A stretch of 64,000 nt of DNA from positions 5,504,001 through 5,568,000 of the forward strand of contig CBDETK010000013.1 in NCBI GenBank assembly GCA_965242865.1, written 5' to 3'. The notes under the pieces are model-generated. The model had not been told where the DNA came from. It was given only the letters and a program-made list of their open reading frames with translations, and did no database searches. The stretch is from Candidatus Latescibacterota bacterium (lineage in GTDB: Bacteria > Latescibacterota > UBA2968 > UBA8231). This document shows positions 28,007 through 37,482 of this stretch, piece after piece (positions within the stretch are counted from its first letter, which is position 1; every line of letters begins with the position of its first letter). The position numbers and the translations under genes are program-made.

Positions 28007-30496
28007 ATGCTCGACACCGCGACCAAACGCCGGATTGACACCGCTCGCGACATCCTCGTCGGCAAAGTGCCCGATCCGAAAAGCCAAGTGGAGCAAATCA
28101 CCATCGCGCTCATCTACAAGTTCATGGACGACCTCGACGCCGAGAGCGAGGAGTTGGGCGGGCAGCGCACGTTCTTTGCCGGCGAATTCGCCGGCTATGG
28201 GTGGGCTAAGCTGATGCAGGCCGGCTTGGGCGGCCACGAGACCTTGAACCTGTACGCCGAGGCCATTGCGCGGATGCCGGAAAACCCGGGCATTCCGCCG
28301 TTGTTCCGCAGCATCTTCAACAATGCCTATCTTCCCTACCGCGACCCGGAGACCTTGCGCGCCTTCCTCGCGATCATCGACGAGTTCGCGTATGATCACA
28401 GCGAGCGGCTGGGCGATGCCTTTGAGTATCTGCTCTCGGTGCTCGGCTCGCAGGGCGACGCTGGGCAGTTTCGCACACCGCGCCATATCATCGACTTCAT
28501 GGTCGCCGTCATTGACCCCAAGAAAGACCAAACGGTGCTCGATCCGGCCTGCGGCACGGCCGGGTTCTTGATTTCGTCGTACAAGCACATTCTCAAGGCC
28601 AATACCGACGCCGAGGGGCACAGTACGCTGACGCCCGACGAAAAGGGGACGCTCGCGGCCAACTTCCGGGGCTATGACATTTCGCCCGATATGGTGCGGT
28701 TGTCGCTGGTGAATCTGTATCTGCACGGCTTTGTCGAGCCGCATATTGCCGAATACGATACCCTGACCAGCGAGGAGCGTTGGAACGAGTATGCCGACGT
28801 GATTTTGGCCAATCCGCCGTTTATGTCGCCCAAGGGCGGCATTCGCCCGCACAGCCGCTTTTCGGTCCAGTCCAAGCGCAGCGAAGTGCTGTTTGTCGAT
28901 TACATTGCCGAGCATCTGACGCCTGCGGGACGGGCGGGTGTCATCGTGCCGGAGGGGATCATCTTTCAGAGCCAGCGTGCCCACAAGCAGTTGCGGAAAC
29001 TGCTGGTGGAGAATTATCTGGTGGCTGTCGTCTCGCTGCCGGCGGGGGTGTTTCAGCCGTATTCGGGGGTTAAGACTTCTATCCTGATTCTGGACCGATC
29101 GCTTGCGACAAAGGCCGATCACATTGCCTTTTTCAAGGTGGAAAACGATGGGTTTGATTTGGGGGCGCAGCGGCGGGAGATTGTGGAGAATGATTTGCCG
29201 CAGGTGCGGGCGGAGCTTGGCGAATATCTGAGGCGGCTGCGGGCGGGGGAAGCGGTGGACGACTTCCAAGTGATAGAACGCGGGCTAATCGTTGGGAAAG
29301 AGCGGGTTGCCGAGGGTGCGGAGTACAATCTGAGCGGGGAGAGGTATCGGGAGAATCACAAACGCACTTCTGAGTTTCCCTATGTACCACTTGACGAGAT
29401 TGCCAAAATCGTTGCAGGCAACTCCGCCCCACAAGGTGCAGAGTATTTCGAGAACGGCAAATTCCCATTTATTCGCACCTCGGATGTCGGGGCAGTTCAC
29501 CGCTCGGCTAATTTCTTTGGCACTGCGGACAAAGTAAATCAAAAAGCTGTTGACGAACTACGCTTGCGGCTATTGCCACCAGGAACAATTCTTTTTCCAA
29601 AGAGTGGAGCTTCGACTTTTCTAAACCATCGTGTCCTAATCAGCGAGGCGGCGTATGTATCGAGCCATCTAGCCTGTATTATCTGTGATGAGCAAAAGGG
29701 CTTGCCCAAGTACGTCTATTACTTGTTGTGCCAGATAGACGCTCGGGTGATTACGCCCGATCAAGCCTATCCTTCGTTACGGCTGAAGGAAATCAGCAAC
29801 ATCGAAATTCCTCTCCCGTCACTGGAGGTCCAGCGTGAGATCGTCGCGGAGATTGAGGGCTATCAGCGCGTCATTGATGGCGCACGGGCGGTGGTGGAGA
29901 ACTGGCGGCCGCATGTTCCAGTTGACTTGGAGTGGCCGGTGGTGGAGATTGGTGAACTTACAAAACCGCAATACGGCTTTACCGCAAGCGCACAGGATGA
30001 AGGAGATGCTAGATTCATTCGCATCACCGACATTGCCGAAGATGGAACTCTCCGACCAGATGGAGCGAAATTTATTACGCTGACAGATAACTCGCGGGAA
30101 TTGTTGCTCACAACAGGCGATATATTGGTTTCCAGAACCGGGGCGACTTATGGTAAAACAATGCTGTTTGATGAAGAATACCCAGCGGTTTTTGCCTCTT
30201 ATTTAATTCGCCTCCGTTTCCCATCTGACTGCGTTCATCCAAGCTACTACTGGGCCTTTGCTCAAAGTGACGCCTACTGGAACCAAGCCCAAGCTCTCGC
30301 AACAGGTGGAGGCCAACCCCAATTCAATGGCAATGCCCTAAAAAAAGTCAAATTTCCGATACCTCCCCTCGCCACGCAACAAGCCATCGTCGCCGAGATA
30401 GAGGCGGAACAGGCATTGGTAGATGCCAACCGAGAGCTGATCGAGCGATTCGAGGAGAAGATACGCGATGCGGTGGGGCGGGTATGGGATAGTTAA
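28007..30496 (+). CDS. hsdM: Fused type I N6-adenine methyltransferase and specificity subunit (HsdM-HsdS)
   Basis: GQFRTP, DPACGTAGFL and NPPF motifs, then two TRDs each ending in IPxPxLxxQxxIVAEIE. Confidence 0.9.
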   Translation: MLDTATKRRIDTARDILVGKVPDPKSQVEQITIALIYKFMDDLDAESEELGGQRTFFAGEFAGYGWAKLMQAGLGGHETLNLYAEAIARMPENPGIPPLFRSIFNNAYLPYRDPETLRAFLAIIDEFAYDHSERLGDAFEYLLSVLGSQGDAGQFRTPRHIIDFMVAVIDPKKDQTVLDPACGTAGFLISSYKHILKANTDAEGHSTLTPDEKGTLAANFRGYDISPDMVRLSLVNLYLHGFVEPHIAEYDTLTSEERWNEYADVILANPPFMSPKGGIRPHSRFSVQSKRSEVLFVDYIAEHLTPAGRAGVIVPEGIIFQSQRAHKQLRKLLVENYLVAVVSLPAGVFQPYSGVKTSILILDRSLATKADHIAFFKVENDGFDLGAQRREIVENDLPQVRAELGEYLRRLRAGEAVDDFQVIERGLIVGKERVAEGAEYNLSGERYRENHKRTSEFPYVPLDEIAKIVAGNSAPQGAEYFENGKFPFIRTSDVGAVHRSANFFGTADKVNQKAVDELRLRLLPPGTILFPKSGASTFLNHRVLISEAAYVSSHLACIICDEQKGLPKYVYYLLCQIDARVITPDQAYPSLRLKEISNIEIPLPSLEVQREIVAEIEGYQRVIDGARAVVENWRPHVPVDLEWPVVEIGELTKPQYGFTASAQDEGDARFIRITDIAEDGTLRPDGAKFITLTDNSRELLLTTGDILVSRTGATYGKTMLFDEEYPAVFASYLIRLRFPSDCVHPSYYWAFAQSDAYWNQAQALATGGGQPQFNGNALKKVKFPIPPLATQQAIVAEIEAEQALVDANRELIERFEEKIRDAVGRVWDS

Positions 30497-30536
30497 GGAT
30501 GATATTAGACGAATATGTAAGATGGTTGGTATCTGT

Positions 30537-31193
30537 ATGCTAAATTCTAGACAGCAGTGCATATACGAGTGGATTTACGACAAACTTCAGCTACCCGCTT
30601 ATGCTGATGTATTCAGGGGTGCTGCTATCCTACTCAATCAGAGATCTCCTGGATACGTGACTTTTGTAGCACACGCAGGCAGAGATATAATGAATGGCTT
30701 GGCTCGCACAGTTAGAGGAGATAAACGGCAGCAGGTCCAATATGTCGAGCATCTTGATAAAATCGCAAAAAATTGGAACGACCAGTGGGGAGGGTCAAGT
30801 GGATTTTCAGCTTCTGAAGAGCTGCCTCATCATGATTCTGAGTCGTCACACCATGAAATACCTCATACTGTTTGTGGAATGCTACAGAAACTGATTGATG
30901 ATCATAAAAGAGGGAGAGATAAAAGAGAAGAGAGCAACGATGTTTTCTTTTCCACATTCCTCCGCTATAAGGATAAGGATAGAATCCCTGAGAACTCCAT
31001 GAGAGAGTGGAAGGAGGCGAAAAACTGGTTTCAAAAATATGCACATATTGGGAAGGACATTTCTGGGACGGAGATGGAGGTACAGGCCGAGAAGTTTTTT
31101 ACGTTTTTAGAGAGTATGCTTCATGTTGCCGCTAGCAGCCAATACGAACGGATAGGAGGAATTGATGAAATCTTGGACGAAACCAACAGATGA
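30537..31193 (+). CDS. Hypothetical protein, possibly a HEPN-like helical nuclease
   Basis: AT-richer ORF with AHAGRDIMN and FQKYAH motifs; start uncertain (30522 or 30537). Confidence 0.6.
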   Translation: MLNSRQQCIYEWIYDKLQLPAYADVFRGAAILLNQRSPGYVTFVAHAGRDIMNGLARTVRGDKRQQVQYVEHLDKIAKNWNDQWGGSSGFSASEELPHHDSESSHHEIPHTVCGMLQKLIDDHKRGRDKREESNDVFFSTFLRYKDKDRIPENSMREWKEAKNWFQKYAHIGKDISGTEMEVQAEKFFTFLESMLHVAASSQYERIGGIDEILDETNR

Positions 31194-34101
31194 TTTGGTA
31201 CAGAAGGCACTCGAATCCGTAAAAACGGAGGTGGAGCGTCAATATTTTTTTTCTAGGCTAAAGAATTCGCATTGGATTGAGCCGTTGAAGGCACGTGGTT
31301 TTTTCGACCATCCTCCTAAAGTTAAGTTCCTACCGGATGGATATGTTCAGTATCCTTTTTGGCCTGAATTTCAATTTCTGAAGAACGTCGCCAATGAAGC
31401 CTCAGAGCAAGTGGTTGAGGTCATATTAGGAATACCAGAGACCGATAATCCACGGTTTTGTGATGACGTAATCGATATTGTATTGACCATTGAGGCATCA
31501 CTTTCAACAAAGCTCAAAGAGGTAATCCTTAAATATGTCCAAGGAGAGTCCCTCTTTTTGAATCCCCGTTTTGATGAAGTACTGAGTCATTGGATAAGCA
31601 GTGACCAAATTGAATCAGCGTTAACACTTGCCGAAGTGCTTATCGCATTTCGGCCAGATCCACAGAAAGCAGACAAACAGGCCCGCCGTAGAGCGAACCC
31701 CGAAGATTGGACAACTCGACTAGAACCACGACCACGCTTTCGCGAGTGGGAATATCATCAGATACTGGAAAAAGGGGTCAAACCTTTGGCAGAGCGAGAG
31801 CCTTACCAAACCGCTCGAATACTGCTTGATGCCACCGCGACCGTGATACGCCTCATGTTCCATAGAGACAATCTTGAAGAGAACAGTAGTAATGGTTCTA
31901 CCTTTCTTTGGTTTAAGCGTGTGAATGAGCTTGACAGTGAGCCTCCAGACTCGATGGATGCCAAGGATGTTCTTGTTCACACGCTAACGTTCGCCAGCGA
32001 AAAAGTTTACGAGAGAAAACCGGAAGCCGTATCGGCACTGGATCAGGCGTTGCGAAACCAGCGTTGGGACATTTTCACACGCATCCGCCAACATCTTTAC
32101 GCATTGCATCTAAATGAACAGACTAAGCCTTGGATACGTGAGATGATCCTTGTTCACGAAGATTACGATAAATGGCGTCACCGCTTTGAGTTCCAGCGCA
32201 TGATTCGCCTGTCGTGCGAAAAATTCGGCACTGATTTGCTCACTGAGATCGAAAAGGAGCGAATATTTGAGGCCATCCTTAGCGGCCCGTCGGAACAGAG
32301 TTCTCGGGACCGGATGGGAGCTCGCTTTACCCAAGGATTATTTGAAGAATGGAAACGCTACTTTCACAGAATGCAACTAAATCCATTTGCTTCAGTACTC
32401 TTCAGTAGGTACGACGAATACTTCAAAGAGCTAAATGCGGAAGCGGAAAAACCGATTACGGATGACGACTATGAACCTTATGGATTGGACTATGAATCTT
32501 ATGGATTGGAAGGTGCAAAGAGAGTAGAGGAACGCAGTCCAAAGCCTGCTGAAGAACTAGAGAAAATGTCAGATGAGGAAATCCTTTCGTTCTTGAACGA
32601 ATGGGAAAGCGTTGGTCACGATCCTGATGAGTGGTGGGTACACATCAATTTTGAAGGACTTGCCCAGACATTTCAGGCATTATTCAAAGAAAGTATAATA
32701 TCAGATGAATCACGGCTACATTTTTGGCTCGAAAACTGGAACCAGTTAGCGAGACCTATCTATATTAAGGCGATAGTGTCTGCCATTCACGAGCAAGTAA
32801 AACTCAAGCAATTTGACAATCTCGGTCAATGGTTTGATCTCTGCGAATGGGTATTGTCCCATCCCGACCAGCAGGAGGAAGAAGGGGACAATCGCAGCGA
32901 TGTATCCAGAGAGCATCCAAGTTGGCAAAGTTCGCGTCAAGCGGTGGGGGATTTCGTCGGGATGTGCCTAGAGAAGGATATCAATGTCCCAATTTCAGGG
33001 CGTCAGCGTCTCGCCTCTCTGTTGGATAAGCTCTGCACCCAATACGACAGGCGACTGGATGAGAATGAGCCCGTTTTTCTGAATCGAGATGATCAACTAA
33101 CCGAAGCACTCAATAATACCCGAAGTATGGCACTGGAGCACTTGGTCAAATTCGGTTATTGGATACGCCGCCAGTTGGAGGATGATCAAGCAGCTACACC
33201 TGAAGTTTTTACCATCCTCGAAAAACGGCTCAATTCAAAATGCGAGTACGCGCTGATGCTGCCTGAATATGCTCTCCTTGGACTGAATTACGGTCGTATC
33301 TGTGGTTTGGATAGAGAGTGGGCGGTTCAGCATAAGAATGATCTTCTTCCGCAAGAGAAACTACCGGCATGGACGGAAGCCTTTGGGAATTTCCTCCGGT
33401 ATAATCGACCATACAAACAGATCTTTGATGTTGTCCGAGACGACATTGAGTTCGCGCTTGAGAACATTGATAAACTCAAAACGGATATTACAGATACTCT
33501 CGGCAAACGCTTGTTTACCTGCTATTTATGGAAATTTTATCCGCTCGCAGGAGACAGCAGCTTGCTGGAAAAATTTTATGAAAAGACCAAGGAAGACAAA
33601 GATCGCTGGTCTCGCTTGTTTAGTTATATAGGAGTTTCCTTGAAAAATAGCGACAACCAACTGGAAGCGAGCCTTAAACAGCGAATCATCGACTTCTTTA
33701 ACTGGCGCTTTGAGAAAAAGGAACCATCCGAACTTAAAGAGTTTACGTTTTGGCTGGAAGCAGAGTGCTTGGACGCCGAGTGGCGTCTGACTTCGTTATC
33801 GAAGATCCTCGATATAAGCGAATCAAAGGATAGAGAAATATACCCACAGATAAGTGTACTACGAGAGATGGTTGAGGATCATACTACCCTAGTCGTAGAG
33901 TGCTTTGCCAAATTGACTGATTTCGCTGTTGAGAATGACGGGAACTTTTATATTCCAACCGATAAAGCGAAACCTATCCTCCAAGCAGGACTAAACAGCG
34001 GCGATGACACGGTACGAGCGAATGCCGAACGAGCTCGCGATAACCTACTTCGATGCGGACGCTTTGATTTTTTGGACATGGAAGGAAAAGCAAATGAATA
34101 A
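31165..34101 (+). CDS. Large all-helical hypothetical protein (~978 aa)
   Basis: Long AT-richer ORF; AGGAGG before ATG 31165; begins YFF..L.N..W...L...GFF..PP; no Walker motif seen. Confidence 0.8.
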   Translation: MKSWTKPTDDLVQKALESVKTEVERQYFFSRLKNSHWIEPLKARGFFDHPPKVKFLPDGYVQYPFWPEFQFLKNVANEASEQVVEVILGIPETDNPRFCDDVIDIVLTIEASLSTKLKEVILKYVQGESLFLNPRFDEVLSHWISSDQIESALTLAEVLIAFRPDPQKADKQARRRANPEDWTTRLEPRPRFREWEYHQILEKGVKPLAEREPYQTARILLDATATVIRLMFHRDNLEENSSNGSTFLWFKRVNELDSEPPDSMDAKDVLVHTLTFASEKVYERKPEAVSALDQALRNQRWDIFTRIRQHLYALHLNEQTKPWIREMILVHEDYDKWRHRFEFQRMIRLSCEKFGTDLLTEIEKERIFEAILSGPSEQSSRDRMGARFTQGLFEEWKRYFHRMQLNPFASVLFSRYDEYFKELNAEAEKPITDDDYEPYGLDYESYGLEGAKRVEERSPKPAEELEKMSDEEILSFLNEWESVGHDPDEWWVHINFEGLAQTFQALFKESIISDESRLHFWLENWNQLARPIYIKAIVSAIHEQVKLKQFDNLGQWFDLCEWVLSHPDQQEEEGDNRSDVSREHPSWQSSRQAVGDFVGMCLEKDINVPISGRQRLASLLDKLCTQYDRRLDENEPVFLNRDDQLTEALNNTRSMALEHLVKFGYWIRRQLEDDQAATPEVFTILEKRLNSKCEYALMLPEYALLGLNYGRICGLDREWAVQHKNDLLPQEKLPAWTEAFGNFLRYNRPYKQIFDVVRDDIEFALENIDKLKTDITDTLGKRLFTCYLWKFYPLAGDSSLLEKFYEKTKEDKDRWSRLFSYIGVSLKNSDNQLEASLKQRIIDFFNWRFEKKEPSELKEFTFWLEAECLDAEWRLTSLSKILDISESKDREIYPQISVLREMVEDHTTLVVECFAKLTDFAVENDGNFYIPTDKAKPILQAGLNSGDDTVRANAERARDNLLRCGRFDFLDMEGKANE

Positions 34102-34336
34102 CCGCAAAGAGACCATTATGCGGTACAAAATCGCCCTTCATCAATCTGACGAAGGCTACAGTGTATCGATCCCCGGCTTTCCGGGTTGTTGGTCCGAGGG
34201 AAGAACAAAAGAAGAAGCCCTCGTTAATATCGAAGCCGCCATTCGAGAATATCTCAGCGTCGTAGAAGACCTTTTGCAGGATGCCGAAGTCCGAGAAATC
34301 GAATCACGCGATTCCAGATTCCAGTTTGACCTCTAG
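34094..34336 (+). pseudogene. hicB: Orphan HicB duplicate with altered C-terminus
   Basis: 34091-34303 is nearly identical to 36745-36957; no hicA follows. Confidence 0.7.
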
Positions 34337-34354
34337 TCGGGAATATACTATACT
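34326..34354 (+). promoter_or_regulatory. Sigma70-like promoter (copy 1)
   Basis: TTGACC-17 bp-TATACT. Confidence 0.7.
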
Positions 34355-34452
34355 TGTGTTCAGTTATCCGTTGCGAACCAGATGGATGCTACTCAGCTTG
34401 TGCATAACATCCGTTCGTCAGTAAATGCAGAATGGACACGGGAGCCGTCGGC

Positions 34453-36132
34453 ATGTCTCGCAAAAGCACCATTGAATGGACCAACAGCACTTGGAACCCG
34501 GTCACTGGTTGCACAAAGGTGAGTGCGGGATGTGACCATTGCTATGCCGAACGCCTTTCCGAGCGCTTTCGCGGCGTCAAGGGCCATCCTTTTGAGACCG
34601 GCTTTGATCTCACCCTTCGGCCCGAGCGTCTCGAGCAACCCCTGCGCTGGCGGCGTCCACAACTCATCTTCGTCAATTCGATGAGCGATCTTTTTCACAA
34701 GAACATTCCCACCGAGTACATCGCCCGCGTATTCGACACGATGGAACGCGCCGATTGGCACATCTATCAGGTGCTCACCAAGCGCAGTTCGCTGATGCGC
34801 GATTTCGTCTATCAGCACTACCGGGGACGAGCCGCGCCCCCGCATATCTGGCTCGGTGTCTCCATTGAAAACGCCGCGGCCATGACGCGCCTGCGGCACT
34901 TGAAACAGACCAATGCCTCTGTGCGCTTCGTCTCGTTCGAGCCGCTGCTCGGCCCCCTCGGCGCGGTGAATTTGGAGGGCATTCACTGGATCATCGCCGG
35001 GGGCGAGAGTGGGCCGGGTGTGCGCCCGATGCGAATAGAGTGGGTGCGATCCTTGCGCGACCAGTGCCAAGCCCAGCGCGTCGCCTTCTTCTTCAAGCAA
35101 TGGGGCGGGCGCACCCCCAAAACGGGCGGCAACACGCTCGACGGACGCCAATGGCTGGAATACCCGCGAGTGGAATCTGAACAGCAATTTGGCATGCCGT
35201 TACAAGTGGCTGGTGCGCCGACAGACGATGGGAACGATCTGCCCGACGTTGGCCCTTGGGCGCGGGAGAAACTAACGTGTCTCCGCAAATATCTCCACGC
35301 CTATACCACCATTCTCAGTAAGCAGCGGATATTCAAAGGATACTTCTACATTGACGCCTTTGCTGGACCGGGAACGCTTAAAATTCGCCAGCAGCAAACG
35401 GACGATCCCAGTCAGAAGTTATTACTTGAGGTCTCTAATCATATTATGCAAGATGCAGGTAAGGCCGAGTACATTAGCGGCTCTCCGCGTGTCGCGCTTG
35501 AATTAGAAAAACCCTTTACGGACTACGTATTCATTGAAATTGACGAACAGCGTCTAGATCGACTCAACGCTCTAAAGAATCAATACAAGGGTTCAAATAG
35601 ACGAATTCACCTCCGCAAGGAAGACTGCAATGACTATCTGCACAGATTACTAGATCGAAATCAGACTTATTGGAAGCAATGGCGCGGTGTGATCTTTCTC
35701 GATCCCTTTGGCATGCAGGTCCCGTGGGAAACCATTGCCGCAATAGGCAAGACCAAGGCCATTGAGATTTTCATAAACTTTCCCGTGGGCATGGCCATTC
35801 AACGTTTGCTCAAGAAAAGTGGGCAGTTCACGACGAAAGAACGCAACAAGCTCGACCAATACTTCGGAACCAGTGAATGGTACGATCTGCTCTATCAAAA
35901 CAAACAGAGCTTGTTTGGAGAAAACATCACCAAGATACAAAGTTCCGGCGATATTCTCGTGCGGTGGTATCGCAAACGGCTCAAGAGTGTTTTTCCCTAT
36001 GTTTCCGCCGCAAGAGAAATTCAAAGCACCAATAATCGTCCTCTATACTACCTCATTTTTGCAGGACCAAATAAAGCAGGTGCAAAAATCGCGAATGATG
36101 TGTTGCAACAGGGCGCGAGGCGTATTCAATAG
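34453..36132 (+). CDS. DUF5131 (phage Gp37/Gp68-like) domain fused to a three-Cys-motif partner (TcmP-like methyltransferase fold) domain
   Basis: IEWT..TWNPVTGCTKVSAGCDHCYA, NSMSDLFH, SFEPLL, GGESG and FFFKQWGG; then GPWAREKL, YIDAFAGPG, GSP..AL and FLDPFG; one continuous frame. Confidence 0.85.
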   Translation: MSRKSTIEWTNSTWNPVTGCTKVSAGCDHCYAERLSERFRGVKGHPFETGFDLTLRPERLEQPLRWRRPQLIFVNSMSDLFHKNIPTEYIARVFDTMERADWHIYQVLTKRSSLMRDFVYQHYRGRAAPPHIWLGVSIENAAAMTRLRHLKQTNASVRFVSFEPLLGPLGAVNLEGIHWIIAGGESGPGVRPMRIEWVRSLRDQCQAQRVAFFFKQWGGRTPKTGGNTLDGRQWLEYPRVESEQQFGMPLQVAGAPTDDGNDLPDVGPWAREKLTCLRKYLHAYTTILSKQRIFKGYFYIDAFAGPGTLKIRQQQTDDPSQKLLLEVSNHIMQDAGKAEYISGSPRVALELEKPFTDYVFIEIDEQRLDRLNALKNQYKGSNRRIHLRKEDCNDYLHRLLDRNQTYWKQWRGVIFLDPFGMQVPWETIAAIGKTKAIEIFINFPVGMAIQRLLKKSGQFTTKERNKLDQYFGTSEWYDLLYQNKQSLFGENITKIQSSGDILVRWYRKRLKSVFPYVSAAREIQSTNNRPLYYLIFAGPNKAGAKIANDVLQQGARRIQ

Positions 36133-36198
36133 AATCGAGCGCGGCACCGAGTTGCTTTTATCGACAGTTCACGACACGGAGAAAACCCTGCTTGAGTT

Positions 36199-36279
36199 TG
36201 GCGCGTGGTTGTCGAGCCCGACCCAGACGACGAGACCCTTGTCATTGTAACCGCATATCCGAAAGAGGTGTTCCCATGA
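36199..36279 (+). pseudogene. 3' remnant of a DUF4258-like toxin gene
   Basis: Reads WRVVVEPDPDDETLVIVTAYP...stop with ATGA overlap into the next gene; in-frame stop immediately upstream and no start. Confidence 0.55.
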
Positions 36280-36545
36280 AATCCATATCCTTGCAGATCA
36301 CCTATCGAAAGGGCAAGCCCTTCGCGGCTTATATTTACCTCGCTTCCAAGCATAGACAGAAAAGTGTACGCACGAAGCAGGTGACACAAGACCTCCTCAT
36401 TGACTACGCCGAGAATGGTGCGCCTATCGGGATTGAAATCCTTTCACCCGGAGACGTGCATGTAGATGAAATCCAGCGCGTTTTTGAACTTCTAGGTCTC
36501 GATAAACCGGCATCAGCGGAGTTAGAGCCACTCAGAGCGGCCTAA
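36276..36545 (+). CDS. DUF2283-like antitoxin
   Basis: AAYIYL and LLIDY...G.PIGIEI motifs; GAGGTG RBS. Confidence 0.75.
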   Translation: MKSISLQITYRKGKPFAAYIYLASKHRQKSVRTKQVTQDLLIDYAENGAPIGIEILSPGDVHVDEIQRVFELLGLDKPASAELEPLRAA

Positions 36546-36747
36546 CTGTTCTTCTCATCTCTGTGGTGGTTGTGCGATGCTCATGCAAAGACGGATGGAG
36601 GGGTAAACCATCTGTTTTGGCTACTACTGAATCACACCTTATGGAAGAAACAGCAGAGAAAGCGAACCGTGGGTGAGGTTTGGGGTCTTGTAAACAACGA
36701 CGACATCCGCTCGTCACTTATCGGCGACGCACGAAAAGGAAAGACAA

Positions 36748-36969
36748 ATGAATAACCGCAAAGAGACCATTATGAGGTATAAAATCGCCCTTCATCAATC
36801 TGACGAAGGCTACAGTGTGTCGATCCCCGGCTTTCCGGGTTGTTGGTCCGAGGGAAGAACAGAAGAAGAAGCCCTCGTTAATATCGAAGCCGCCATTCGA
36901 GAATATCTCAGCGTCGTAGAAGACCTTTTGCAGGATGCCGAAGTCCGAGAAATCGAACTGGCTGTATAA
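36748..36969 (+). CDS. hicB: HicB-family antitoxin
   Basis: SDEGYSVSIPGFPGCWSEGRTEEEALVNI..AI.EYL. Confidence 0.85.
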   Translation: MNNRKETIMRYKIALHQSDEGYSVSIPGFPGCWSEGRTEEEALVNIEAAIREYLSVVEDLLQDAEVREIELAV

Positions 36970-36971
36970 AC

Positions 36972-37184
36972 ATGCCCAAGATTCCGGGTATCAACCATCT
37001 TAATGCGGTGCGAGCTTTGGAAAGAGCAGGTTTTCGCATTGCACGTCAGGGCAAGCACATCGTCATGACCGATGGAGTGCGTATTCTGACTGTTCCAAGA
37101 AACAATCCTGTTAATGCCTTTACTATGGGGGGTATTGTAAGGGACGCAGGATTAACCGTTGAAGAATTTCGTGCCCTTTTGTGA
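36972..37184 (+). CDS. hicA: HicA-family toxin
   Basis: RALERAGF...RQGKH and TVPR.NP...TMGGIV motifs. Confidence 0.85.
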   Translation: MPKIPGINHLNAVRALERAGFRIARQGKHIVMTDGVRILTVPRNNPVNAFTMGGIVRDAGLTVEEFRALL

Positions 37185-37294
37185 TGGATGGCTTCGACCC
37201 GGTATTTATAACACTATTTCAACGATATTTCGATCATCCAAAAACGCAACGGGTTCTGCTTCTCTGCCGTTTTCCCACATCACGCGATTCCAGC

Positions 37295-37323
37295 TTGACC
37301 TCTGGTCGGGAATATACTATACT
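37295..37323 (+). promoter_or_regulatory. Sigma70-like promoter (copy 2)
   Basis: TTGACC-17 bp-TATACT inside a block duplicated from 34304-34387. Confidence 0.65.
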
Positions 37324-37482
37324 TATGTTCAGTTATCCGTTGCGAACCAGATGGATATCAGCGGAGTTAGAGCCACTCAGAGCGTCCTAACTGTTCTTCT
37401 TACTTTATTCCCTTGATACGGTAACGGTTGTACGTTAGTGTAAAATAATCTGGAGAATCCTAATAAGCGAGGATCCAAAGCC

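Noticed and set aside
27887-29269. 460-aa minus-strand ORF
   Set aside because: Antisense shadow of hsdM, which carries the real motifs.
31162-31193. Calling 30537-34101 one frameshifted pseudogene
   Set aside because: The downstream ORF has a strong RBS and is intact over ~978 codons; kept as two genes with the ambiguity noted in findings.
34358-34378. GTTC...GAAC as a LexA box
   Set aside because: Orientation and spacing do not fit the LexA boxes I know.
34393-35187. 264-aa minus-strand ORF
   Set aside because: Antisense shadow of the DUF5131 domain.
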